Assembly (NCBI GenBank): GCA_030390025.1
Contig: CM059432.1
Span: 86,864,001-86,928,000 of the forward strand
Length of the DNA stretch: 64,000 bases
Direction of reading: 5' to 3'
DNA from: Squalus acanthias
Taxonomy: Eukaryota
Every line of letters begins with the position of its first letter. The stretch's first letter is position 1. Positions 25,540-36,448 of this stretch are shown here, piece by piece. The notes below the pieces were generated by a model. That model ran no database searches, had not been told where the DNA came from, and worked only from the letters and a program-made list of their open reading frames with translations. The position numbers were made by a program, and so were the translations under genes.

Positions 25540-27808
25540 AGAAAAATTTAGAGATATAACAGATTTTAAGCAAGTGCAGAGGCAGGGAAAGGGGTTGGGA
25601 GGGGAGAAAAGAACAAAAGGGAAAGTCTGTGATAGGGTGGAAAGCAGGAGAGATTAAATGACAAAAGCCGTGATTGTACAAGGCAAAAAGAGATGGTAAT
25701 GGAACAAGAAACAAGAAGAGTCTAGAAGAGGTGTAAATGGCAACACCAGAACCAATACCAGCACCTGCAGTCCTAAAAAAAAAATGGGAGCAGTGATTAT
25801 AATCTGAAATTGTTGAACTCAATGTTGAGTCCAGAAGGCTGTAAAGTGCCTAATCGAAAGATGAGGTGCTGTTCCTCGAACTTATGTTGAGCTTCAGTGG
25901 AACAGTGTAGGAGGCTGAGGACAGAGGTCAGAGTGGGAGTGGAGCGGAGAATTAAAGTGACCGGTAGCTCGGGGTCACGCTTGCGGACTGAATGGAGGTG
26001 TTCCGCAAAGCGATCACCCAATCTGCGTTTGGTCTCACAATTTAGAGGAGCAAATACAGTATACTAAATTGCAAGAAGTACAATTAAATCGCTGTTTCAC
26101 CTGGAACGAGTGTTTGGGGCCCTGGATGGTGGGAAGGGAAGAGGTAAAAGGGCAGGTGTTACATCTCCTGCGCTTGCTCGGGAAAGTGCCGTGGGAAGGG
26201 GAGAGGGTGTTGGGGGGGGGGGGGTGATTCAGGAGTGGACCAGGGTGTAGCGGAGGGAATGGTCCCTTCAGAATGCTGAAAGGGGAGTGGAGGGGAAGAT
26301 GTGTTTGGTGGTGGGATCACGCTGGAGGTGGCGGAAATGGCGGTGGATGGTCCGTTGAATGTGGAGGTTGGTGGGGTGCAAGGCGAGGACAAGGAGAACC
26401 CTATCGTGGTTCCAAATAAAAGGTGTTGCTATGGGAACCCACATGGGTCCCAGCTATGTCTGCCTTTTTGTGGGATATGTGGAACATTCTTTGTTCCAGT
26501 CCTACTTGGGTCCCCTCACTCACCTCTTCCGTTACATTTATGACTGTCTCGGTGCGGTTTCCTGCTCTCGCCGAAACTGGAAAATTGCATTCACTTTGCT
26601 TCCAATTTCAACCCTTGCCTCGCCTTCACCTGGTTCACATCCAACTCTTCCCTTCCTCGACTTCTCGGTCTCCATTTCTGGGGATAGGCTATCGCCGAAA
26701 ATCCACTATACACCCACTGACTCCCACAACTACCTTAACTACACTTCCTCCCACTCCGCTTCCTCTATTCCATTCTCCCTGTTTCTCCATTACATCTGTT
26801 CTGACGATATCACCTTCCATACTAGTGCTTCCAATATATTTTCCTTGTTCCTCAACTGAGGATTCCCCTCTACCGTGGTTGACAGGGCCTTCAACCGTGT
26901 CCATTCCATTTCCCACACTTCTGCTCTCACCCCTTCCCCTCCCTCCCAGAACCACGATAGGGTTCCTCTTGTCCTCACCTTTCACCCCACCAGCTTCCAC
27001 ATTCAATGAATCATCCTCCGCCATCTCCAGCGTGATCCCACCACCAAACACATCTTTCCCTTCCCTCCCCTTTCATAATTCTGAAGGGACACCCTGGTCC
27101 ACTCCTCAATTACCCCCAACACCCTCTCCCCTTCCCACGGCACCTTTCCGTGCAAGCGCAGGAGATGCAACACCTGCCCTTTTACCTCCTCCCTTCCCAC
27201 CGTCCAGGGCCCCAAACACTCCTTCCAGGTGTTACATGATTTACTTACACTTCTTTCAATTTAGTATACTGTATTCGCTGCTCACAATGCGGTCTCCTCT
27301 ACATTGGGGAGACCAAACGCAGATTGGGTGACCGCTTTGCGGAACACCTCCGTTCAGTCCGCAAGCATGACCCCGAGCTTCCTGTTGCCCGTCACTTTAA
27401 TTCTCCGCTCCACTCCCACACTGACTTCTGTCCTCAGCCTCCTACACTGTTCTAAACAAGCTCAACATAAGCTCAAGGAACAGCACCTCCTCTTTCGATT
27501 AGGCACTTTACAGCCTTCTGGACTCAACATTGAGTTCAACTATTTTAGATCATGACCTTTGTCCCCATTTTTTCCAGATGGCAGCTGTTGATGATTCTGC
27601 TATTCCCATTTACACCTCTTCTAGACTCATCATGTGTTTCTTTACTTGTCCCATTACCATCTCCTTTTGCCTTGTACAATCATACCTTTTGTCACTTAAT
27701 CTCTCCTGCCTTCCACCCTATCACAGACCTTCCCTTTTGTTCTTTCCTCTCCTCCCTCCCCCTGCTTCTGCACTTGCTTAAAACCTGTTATATCTCTTTA
27801 CTTTTTCC

Positions 27809-27845
27809 ATTTCTGACGAAAGGTCATCGACCTGAAATGTTAACT
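27809..27845 (+). ncRNA. Minimal type-I hammerhead ribozyme motif (Penelope pLTR), slightly decayed
   Basis: ATTT CTGACGA A AGGTC-ATC-GACCT GAAA TG TT AACT; the palindrome has decayed from CG to TG. Confidence 0.65.
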
Positions 27846-28194
27846 CTATTTCTCTCTCCACAGATGCTGCCTGACCTGCTGAGTATTTCCAGAATTTTCT
27901 GTTTTTAATTGAGGATTTAAACTAGTAAGGTGGCGGAAGGGCAAATCTTAGAGCATATGGGGGATGGGTTAAAAGTATAGTCAAAGGGCAAAGCAGTCTA
28001 AAATACTAAGCTGAGGGGCAGGTATGGAGAGACACACCTTAGTACAAGTAGAATAGCGATTAAGGAGAAGGATATTGAAGAAAAGGGCAAAGAGTACTGA
28101 GGAATTATGAATCGGTTACAGTGTTGATATGCAAAGGTGCAAAACATTACAAGTCGAGTCAGGAAACTAGAGGTATCAATTAAAATAGGATGGC

Positions 28195-28642
28195 ATAGAA
28201 ACATAGAAACTAGGAGCAGGAGTAGGCCATTCGGCCCATCGAGCCTGCTCCACCATTCAATACGATCATGGCTGATCATCCAAATCCAGTACCCTGTCCC
28301 TGCTTTCTCACACAGAATCCCCATCGAGCCTGCACCGACACATATCCCACCCTATCCCCGTAACCCCACGTATTTAATTCCCCCTAACATATCCCATCCT
28401 ATCCCCGGAACCCCACATATTTAATCCCCCCCCTAACACTAAGGGTCAATTTATCATAGCCAAATCAACCTAACCCGCACATTTTTGGACTGTGGGAGGA
28501 AACCGGAGCACCCGGAGGAAACCCACGCAGACACGGGGAGAATGTGCAAACTCCACACAGACAGTCACCCGAGGCCAGATTCGAACCAGAGTCCCTGGCG
28601 CTGTGAGGCACCAGTGCTAACCACTATGCCACCGTGTTACCC
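28195..28642 (-). mobile_element. HE1-like V-SINE (tRNA head, V domain, CR1 tail)
   Basis: V-domain sequence tgtgggaggaaaccggagcacccggaggaaacccacgcagacacggggagaatgtgcaaactccacacag, a tRNA-like head at the right end and a (catagaaa)n CR1 tail at the left. Confidence 0.82.
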
Positions 28643-29271
28643 TGTATGGCATGATGATATCACCTTGACGGGGCAAGACTGGGATCTAAAATTATTCCTG
28701 GCTATAAAATTTTCAGGGCGGGGAAGGAAAAAAAAGAGGGGTGGTCTTAAAGATATGATTATAACCACAGATATACAAGATATGGAACATAAGATTTGTT
28801 ACAGAAATTAAGACACATGGTTTTAAAGGCTATGTAGCTGAGTACAGGTTAGGGAACAGAAAGCAAGGAACAGGGGTAAATGAATGTTCTTCAGATTGGC
28901 AGGATATGCGTAATGGTGTGCTCGACGGCACCTGAACAATGTTGGGCGCTCTTATTTTCCAATTACAGGAAACTTTCGTTTATCCGGCACCCAAATATCC
29001 GGAATGCTCGCATAACCGGCAAAAATCATCCTCCGAAAACTCCTCTCAAATAACCGGCAATGTTGCCGAGTCACAGTCGAGTCTCCGCGAACGCCGAGTG
29101 CTCCGAAAACTCCTCTCAAATAACCGGCAATGTTGCCGATCCAGAGTCCGAGTCCGCGAACGCCGATTTAGTCAGTGGGGTGCTTTTCAAAACTGCCACT
29201 ACTCGGCCTCCTGGCGCTGTCGCAAGTCCGAAACATTGCAGTAGCATGAGTAGATTCTCCCGCGCTGCCTG

Positions 29272-29615
29272 GAGTCTCTTCGGATCGGCCATTTTGCTGG
29301 GTGTCTCCCACGATGCTGGTAGTCTCTTCTGATCCACCATTTTGCTGTGTGTCTCCCACGCTGCTGGTACTGTAGTCTCTTCTGATACACCATTTTGCTG
29401 TGTGTCTCCCACGCTGCTGGTACTGTAGTCTCTTCTGATACACCATTTTACTGTGTGTCTGCCACGCTGCTGGTACTGTAGTCTCTTCTGATACACCATT
29501 TTGCTGTGTGTCTGCCACGCTGCTGGTACTGTAGTCTCTTCTGATACACCATTTTGCTGTGTGTCTGCCACGCTGCTGGTAGTCTCTTCCTAACCACCAT
29601 TGTTCTGTGTGTCTT
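29272..29615. repeat. 48/53-bp minisatellite inside the transposon 5' region
   Basis: CCATT(T/G)T recurs at 29289, 29337, 29390, 29443, 29496, 29549 and 29597 (periods 48,53,53,53,53,48). Confidence 0.95.
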
Positions 29616-29653
29616 TCCATCTTCATCGGCAATTATCTCCTCCATCTTGCATT

Positions 29654-31416
29654 ATGGAATTCCCAAAAGCTGGTCCAAGCAAAAGGAAGGGAGTGGTCTT
29701 AACTTTAAAACAGAAAATCGAGATATGCCAACGACTAGAAAGGGGAGAGAAGCGTATCAACATTATGAATGAATTCAAAATCGGTTCGTCAACAATCTAC
29801 GACATCAAATCGCAGAAGGATAAGCTGCTCAAGTTTTATTCAAGCTCGGAGACATGCAAGAGTGTAGAGAAACGGCGTACGCTTCGTAAGCCTAAGCTTG
29901 AAGAGCTGGATACCGTGCTTCGTGAATGGTTTTCTCTTAAGCGTTCAGAGGGTGTTCCAATTTCCGGACCCATGCTAATCGAGAAAGCGAAGGATTTCTA
30001 TGTAAGGATGGAGCTCACTGACAAGTGTGCTTTCTCCGATGGATGGCTAACGTGCTTCAAGTTACGGCACGGGATACGACGACTCGATATTTCCGGGGAG
30101 AAGAAATCAGCTGATCACGAAGCCGCAGAAGAATACTGCAATTATTTAAATCAGATTGTGCAGCAACATGATTTGTCGCCAGCACAGATCTACAATGCCG
30201 ATGAAACTGGCTTGTTTTGGAGGTTTTTGCCAGAATCAACGCTTGCTGGGGCTAGTGAGGCTAATGCTTCAGGTTACAAGAAAAATAAAGATAGTGTAAC
30301 CGTGCTAACGCCACTGGATCACACCGGGTTAAACTTCTTGTTATCGGGAAGTATAAAAATCCCCGTGCATTTAAAAATGTGAGGCACTTACCTGTTGAGT
30401 ACAAAGCTCAAAAAAATGCTTGGATGGATAAGGAAATCTTCTCCGATTGGTTCCTTCATATTTTTGTTCCATCTGTGAAGGAACATTTCCGCAAAATAGG
30501 GAAACCTGAAGATAGCAAATGCATTTTATTGCTTGATAATTGCAGAGCCCATCCGCATGAATCCCAGTTGGTTTCGGGAAATATTTTCACCATTTATTTG
30601 CCACTAAATGTAACTTCTCTCATCCAACCCATGGACCAGGGCGTTATCCAAAATCTGAAGTGTCATTACAAGAAAGACTTCCTACGTAAACTGATAAGCC
30701 AAGATGACAATATTCAAGTTTTGCAGAAGGAATACAATATTAAAGATGCCATCTATAATGTTGCATGTTCCTGGAAATTGGTGAAAGGTCACACTCTGAG
30801 GCAAGCCTGGCGCAAATTGTGGCCTTCTGTAATGTTTGCTGAAGGTTCTTCTTCAGAGGAGGAATTTCATGGGTTCAGTGTTCGTCCCAAGAAGAGTACA
30901 ATAATGGAAATGGCTGGAATGGTGAAAAATGCAGGCCCAGCAAACCCTCTACGTCACCTCAGTGAAAGTGATATCGAGCAGTGGGTTGATGCAGATAGAG
31001 AAGTTGGTGTTGTGCATATGCTAAGTGATGATGAAATAATTCAGAATGTTTTGAATCCAAAGAAAGAAAAGGAAAGCGAGATGGAAAGTGAAGAGGATGA
31101 GATTTCTGAAGAAGAGAAGATTTCTTGGGCTAAAGCTGCAGAAGGATTTTCTACAATCCTCAAATTTGCTGAAAGGCAGAATTGCTACTCTGCACAAGAA
31201 GTTATGCAACTCCATATTCTGCATTCCACCTTTCTACAGAAAAGGCAAGAGTCCACTAAGCAAACCGACATCCGCAACATGTTTAAGAAAGCTTCCAAAA
31301 GAGTCGCAGCAGCGGAAGTGCCTGAAGAATCTGTGGCATCGGTGGAACTGCGTGATCCTGATGACCCAGCTGGCACGGATACGGATATTTCTGATGAACC
31401 AGATGACTCGGAATAA
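29654..31416 (+). pseudogene. Tigger/Jerky-like transposase (CENP-B-type HTHs + DDE_1, DD32D), one frameshift at ~30302-30306
   Basis: ATG at 29654. Catalytic motifs are [12 protein letters not shown] and QPMDQG, with 32 residues between D2 and D3. Frame 1 ends ...KDSVTVL and frame 2 resumes [16 protein letters not shown]; there are no other stops. Confidence 0.93.
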
Positions 31417-32229
31417 GTGTACAGTCAACTACAGTACTGTAGACAGTCGTTTATAAGTTTTGTTTTACTGTTAAGTAATTAAAGAGTTATGGATTACCCT
31501 CAACTGGCAGTACTGTACTTAATCAAGCATCTTCCACTATCCATTTAACACAACATTCTGTAGGTGAGTACCCAAATACTGTATACTGCACATTTCTTGA
31601 TTTTTTTATGTTAAAAATAGCCTCGGTAGATATAACTCTCCGTTATCCGGTACTTTCGATAAACCGGCACCACGCCGGTCCCGTCGATGCCGGATAAACG
31701 AAAGTTTCCTGTATGTGAATTGGACATAGGCACAGGAAGAAAGATATCCAATTTTGCTGATAATACCAAACTACGGGACATGGCAAATTGTGAGGAAGAA
31801 TGCAGGATGGCACAGGTTAGCGGAATGTTACAGTTCAACTTAGAGAAAGGTGAAGTAGTACATTTTGGGAAAAAAAAGAACAAAACCAAGTTTGTAAAAT
31901 TCATAAAGTTAAGAGGTTCTGAGGTTTCCAAAATTTTGAAAGGGTTTAAAACCTCAAAAGCTAAAGATTGTTTTCACTAGCTGGTATGCTAATGAGGGTT
32001 CAAAGGCTCGTATCACTAGAAGTTTTTTTTTTAATTCACACCGAGGAACATTGAATGCTTTACTACAAGTGGCTCTGAGGCAACAACTTGCATTTATATA
32101 GTGCCTGAAACATAGAAAATACCCCAGGGTATTATAGATAGCGGAGAGACCGAAAATAGTACAACGTTAATAATATGAATAAAGGAGTAGATGCCGAGCC
32201 AAGGAGAAATGCACAAACGCTTAGTCGAA

Positions 32230-32950
32230 AAGATGGGGACTGGATGAGCAGAAATTTCCTCCAACTAAATATTGGAAGACCGAAGCCATTGTCTTCAGTC
32301 CCCACCACAAACTCCGTTCTTGAGCCACTGATTCCATCCCTCTCCCTGGCAGCTGTCTGAGGTCGAACCAGGCCTTTCGCAACCTTGGTGTCGTATTTGA
32401 CCCCAAGATGAGCTTCCGACCACATATCCGCGCCATCACCAAGACTGCCTACTTGCACCTCCTTAACATCTCCCGACTCCACCTCAGCTCATCTGCTGCT
32501 GAAACCCTCATCCATGCCTTTCTTACTTCTGAACTTGACACTTCAACGCTCTCCTGGCCGGCCTCCCATCTTCCATCCTACAAAAACTTGTGCTCATCCA
32601 AAACTCTGCTGCCCATATCCTAACTCACACCAAGTCCCATTCACCCATCACCCCAGTGCTCGCTGACCTACATTGGTTCCAGTCCAGCAACACGTCAATT
32701 TTAAAATTCACATCTTTGTTTTCAAATCCCCCCATGGCCTCGCACCTCCCTATCTCTAATCTCCTGGAATTCCCTCCCTAAACCTCTCCGCCTCACTACC
32801 TCTTTCTCCTCCTTTAAGATGCTCCTTAAAACCTACCTCTGACCACTATCTCATGTGGCTCGAGTCAAATTTTGTTTGATAATGCTCCTGTGAAGCGCCT
32901 TAGGACGTTTTACTACATTAAAAAGGTGCTATATAAATGCAAGTTGTTGT
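32230..32950 (+). mobile_element. L2 LINE 3' end
   Basis: WMSRNFLQLNIG, HIRAITKTAYLHL and IQNSAAHIL..SPITPVLADLHW motifs, with the tail. Confidence 0.85.
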
Positions 32951-32989
32951 TGTTGTTTGGATGTGTTTGAAGACAAAGACATGAATTTT

Positions 32990-33580
32990 AAATTTAATAT
33001 GCTAGGGATAGAGCACCAATATAGATCAATGACAATGGGAGTGATAGATGAATAGGACTTAGTGCAAGACAGGAAAAAGGCAACTGAGGTTTGAATGAGT
33101 TGGAATTGTTGAGTGTGGTTGATTTGGTGGGGAGGGGTGGGCTAGAACATGAGTAAGGGTTTCCATGGCAGTGGGGTCGAGATAGGTAGGAATCGGGTAA
33201 TATTACCAAGTGGAAGTAAATGGCCTTGGTGATGGATAGGGTGTCGATTTGAAGTTCAGCTCGGAATTGAACAGGATGTGAAGGTTTTGCATGATCTAGT
33301 TCAGCCTGAGAAAATGGCAGGGGTGGGGGAGATGGAGTCAGAGGCAAGGGAAATGTGGTTATGCTGCAGGCTGAAAATTATGTCTTCAGGCTTCCCAACA
33401 TTCAGTTGGAGAAAATTTCGACTCATCTGCAACTTGATATTAGTCTGGCAGCACAGAGGAGATCGTAGGGTCAAGGGAAGTGGGTGTCACCAGCATACAT
33501 ATGGGAAATGATCCCATGTCTGCAGATGGTGTCACTGATGATAACATGTAAATGAGGAAGAGGAGAGGGGCCATGGATAG
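32990..33580 (-). mobile_element. L2 LINE fragment
   Basis: SITKAIYFHL motif on the minus strand; similar to 43380-44560. Confidence 0.7.
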
Positions 33581-36284
33581 ATGATTTCTATTCATTGGTT
33601 AATTTCTTTTTGCATCAAAAGCAGGGAACATTTAATGCAGGACTTTCTGCAGTATGTGCAAGAAATACAGCTGCAATTGACAGAAATCGTTGATCTCTTA
33701 AAATTAAAACATTTTGAAAAAATCCTACGCATTAGTTATATATAACACTTGCCATCCCCATCCTTTGGCATATGTTAATTCCAGGTTCACTTCATGCATC
33801 AAATGAACTCAATCACCTGTTCATTTATGTTACTTTCATACTGGATTTGTGGTGCTGTTGCAGTATAAAATGGGTAAACGCACATTAGTAATGAACTGAA
33901 AGAGATAGGGGTCACACAGATTACGTATCCACATTGGCTAGAGTATTTAAAGAAACTCTGGAGATTTGCTGTACTATCACTTATGATTAAAGATTAAAAA
34001 GTGAAATACATAATTTGTTTGTTTACATTTATTAAAAATCATTTCTGAAGCAAAGCAGTGCTCCGTACACATGGGTAATTCTGACATTCCAACTTCAGCG
34101 AGAGTAGATAGTAAAATTGCGGCTCTGTGTGTGCACCACTATCAACAAAAAACTATTTTTATATGGCACCAAGGAATACAGTATAAAAATGACAATATAC
34201 ATGGACAGTCTCAAAATTCATTCATTAAACATGGAAATCTAAATTGATCAGCTTTCTGCAAAACAAAGTATAACACCCAAATATAATCTTCAATATATCT
34301 ACATCTTATAGATTTACCACACAGGTCATTATAAAGTTACATGTTTGATGCATTCTAAGTGGAGGAGAACAAAATATTTCTCTTAAATTCTTACCAACTC
34401 CTAGTCTAAGTGACTATAAAAAAGCCATCTATTGTGCTAACAGTCATACTTTATTGTACTGAAACAATGCTTTCAGATCAGAAATCACTTATGAATTGAA
34501 CCTGAACTGACTGCTAAAACAAATAAGCTGAATCAAGTGTACAAACACCACAGCTGCCAACAGTTTAATGGTGCCACTATTACTGTTCAATTATGCAAAA
34601 AAGTAGTTTTTAAATCCCTAAACATTAAATTCTAAAATTAAAAAGTGCAAAATGGAATACAGGATATTTCCTTTTTTTTTAAAAAAAAAGCATCCAGCCA
34701 TCCTTCCCTGAGACAACAGTGACAGAAAATGTGTGTGTCATTCCTGTGAAATTTGAACATGTTTAACTCTGGAAAGTGAGCCCTGATACCATGTTTGTTC
34801 TTATTAATAGAAAATAGTTTGTTTCAGTGAATTCTAATCTGTAGGTTTAATGAAATTAAATATAACCATTTGGCAGAACTATGAATAGATCAGAACAGAG
34901 CAAGGGCATCTGAATCAGTATTCCAGCAAGTCAATGTGCATCACTGTCTTGCACTTAGATTACAAATTTGTAATGATCTTATTGACTTACAAATAAAGAT
35001 GGTAATTAAAAGAATTGATTTCCACCCTCCCCCAAGAAGCTTACAAAGCTTCAGCAGATTAAAAGACTTAAACTTTAACAAATAATCTGAATTGTAGATG
35101 TGAATATTAGTACGTTATAACTTCAATATTTACTTATTAACCCCTTTTGGATATTGAAAAAGTCTTTAACCTTTCAACATATATTATAGAAAAAGTGTCA
35201 AAATGTCTGAATACAGAAAGTACAGGGGAGAACTGAGAAAGGGCAAAGAAAGTATATGAGAATAGATTAGCGGGCAACATAAAAGGGAACCCAAAAGTCT
35301 TTTGAAAATATATAAATAGTAAAAGGGAAGTCAAAGGAAGGGTAGGGCCAATTAGGGACCAAAAAGAACTTCTGTGGAGGCAGAGGGCATGGCTAAGGTA
35401 CTAAATGAGTACTTTGCACCTATCTTCACTAAAGAAGAGGATGTTGCCAATGTCACAGTAAAGGAGGAGGTAGTAGTAGAGAAATTGGATAGGATAAAAA
35501 GATAAAAGAGATACTAAAAATGTTGGCAGCGTTCCAAGTAGAAATGTCACCCGGTCCAGATGGTATGCATCGGGAAGCAAGGGTGGAAATTGCAGAGGCT
35601 TTGGCCATAATCTTCCAATCCTCCTTAGATATGGAAGTGGTGCCAGAGGACTGGAGGATTGCAAATGTTAAACACCACTGATCAAAAAAGGAGAGGGGAA
35701 TAAACCTGGCAACTACAGGCCAGTCAGCGTAACGTCGGTGGTGGGGAAACTTTTAGAGACAATAATCCGAGACAAAATTAATTGCCACAAAATTGAATCC
35801 GATAGGATTAAAGGACAGAGGTTGCATGGATACGAAATTGGCTAAGGACTGAAAGCAGAGATTAGTGGTGAACGTTTTTTTTTCCCCCCCAGACTGGAGG
35901 GAAATGTGCAGTGGTGTCCCCCAGGGCTCGGTGTTGGGACCACTGCTCTTTTTGATATATATTAATTACCTGGAAGGGCATAGTTTCAAAATTTGCAGAT
36001 GATACAAAACTCAAATGTAGTAAACAGTGAGGATAGCAACAGACTTCAGGAAGACACACAGACTGGTGAAATGGGTAGACACACGGCAGATGAAATTTAA
36101 CGCAGAGAAGTGAAGTGATTCATTTTGGTGGGAAGAATAAAGAGAGGCAATATAAACTTTACAATTTTAAAGGGGGTGCAGGAACAGAGACACCTGGGGG
36201 TGCGTACACAAGTCTTTGAAGGTAGTAGGACAAGTTGAGAAAGCTATTAAAAAGGCATACGGGATCCCTGGCTTTATAAATAGA

Positions 36285-36448
36285 TTGGTCTGCAATTGTA
36301 AAGTACACATGCTTTTTTTTCCATCTATATATGCTCTGACGATTCTGTATCCAATTTACTTCACCTGAGGAAGGAGCGATAGTTCCGAAAGCTTGTGATT
36401 TCAAATAAAACTGTTGGACTATAACCTGGTGTTGTGCGACCTCTCAAT
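36285..36448 (+). mobile_element. Penelope pLTR fragment with 12-bp TSD TTTATAAATAGA
   Basis: TSD at 36273-36284 and 36449-36460; contains a hammerhead motif. Confidence 0.85.
36361..36398 (+). ncRNA. Minimal type-I hammerhead ribozyme motif
   Basis: TCAC CTGAGGA A GGAGC-GATA-GTTCC GAAA GC TT GTGA: stem I TCAC/GTGA, stem II GGAGC/GTTCC and palindromic AAGCTT. Confidence 0.78.

Larger units (their letters stand above)
25498..27905. mobile_element. Penelope-like element with an inverted duplicated arm (minus arm 25498-26412; plus body 26413-27905)
   Basis: The plus body has the RT motif QIKGVAMGTHMGPSY and the GIY-YIG motif VYCIRCSQCGLLYIGETKRRLGDRFAEHL. The left arm is the reverse complement of ~26949-27848. 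Confidence 0.9.
28966..31711 (+). mobile_element. Full-length pogo/Tigger DNA transposon (Jerky-like), 2746 bp
   Basis: Perfect 24-bp TIRs CAGGAAACTTTCGTTTATCCGGCA (28966-28989 and 31688-31711), TA duplications at 28964-65 and 31712-13, and an internal transposase. It is inserted in an old CR1 RT fragment that continues on both sides. Confidence 0.96.

Noticed and set aside
26423..27331. 302-aa Pro/Ser/Thr-rich ORF
   Set aside because: An off-frame reading of the C-rich Penelope RT/EN region.
28560..28642. tRNA gene
   Set aside because: The tRNA-like A/B boxes are the head of an HE1-like SINE; no full cloverleaf is evident. The same applies to the SINE heads near 17400 and 50000.
29116..29645. 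Repetitive minus-strand ORFs, or a CRISPR-like array
   Set aside because: These are translations of a 48/53-bp minisatellite. There are no unique spacers and the context is eukaryotic.
30290..30382. Programmed -1 ribosomal frameshift joining the two transposase ORFs
   Set aside because: Frame 2 has a TAG at 30292, there is no slippery heptamer at the switch, and conserved residues (xC of TVLxCAN) are missing. A deletion explains it better.
29654..31416. Calling the ORF the host gene JRK or JRKL
   Set aside because: It is bounded by perfect TIRs with TA TSDs, inserted in a CR1 remnant and frameshifted, so it is a transposon copy rather than a domesticated gene.
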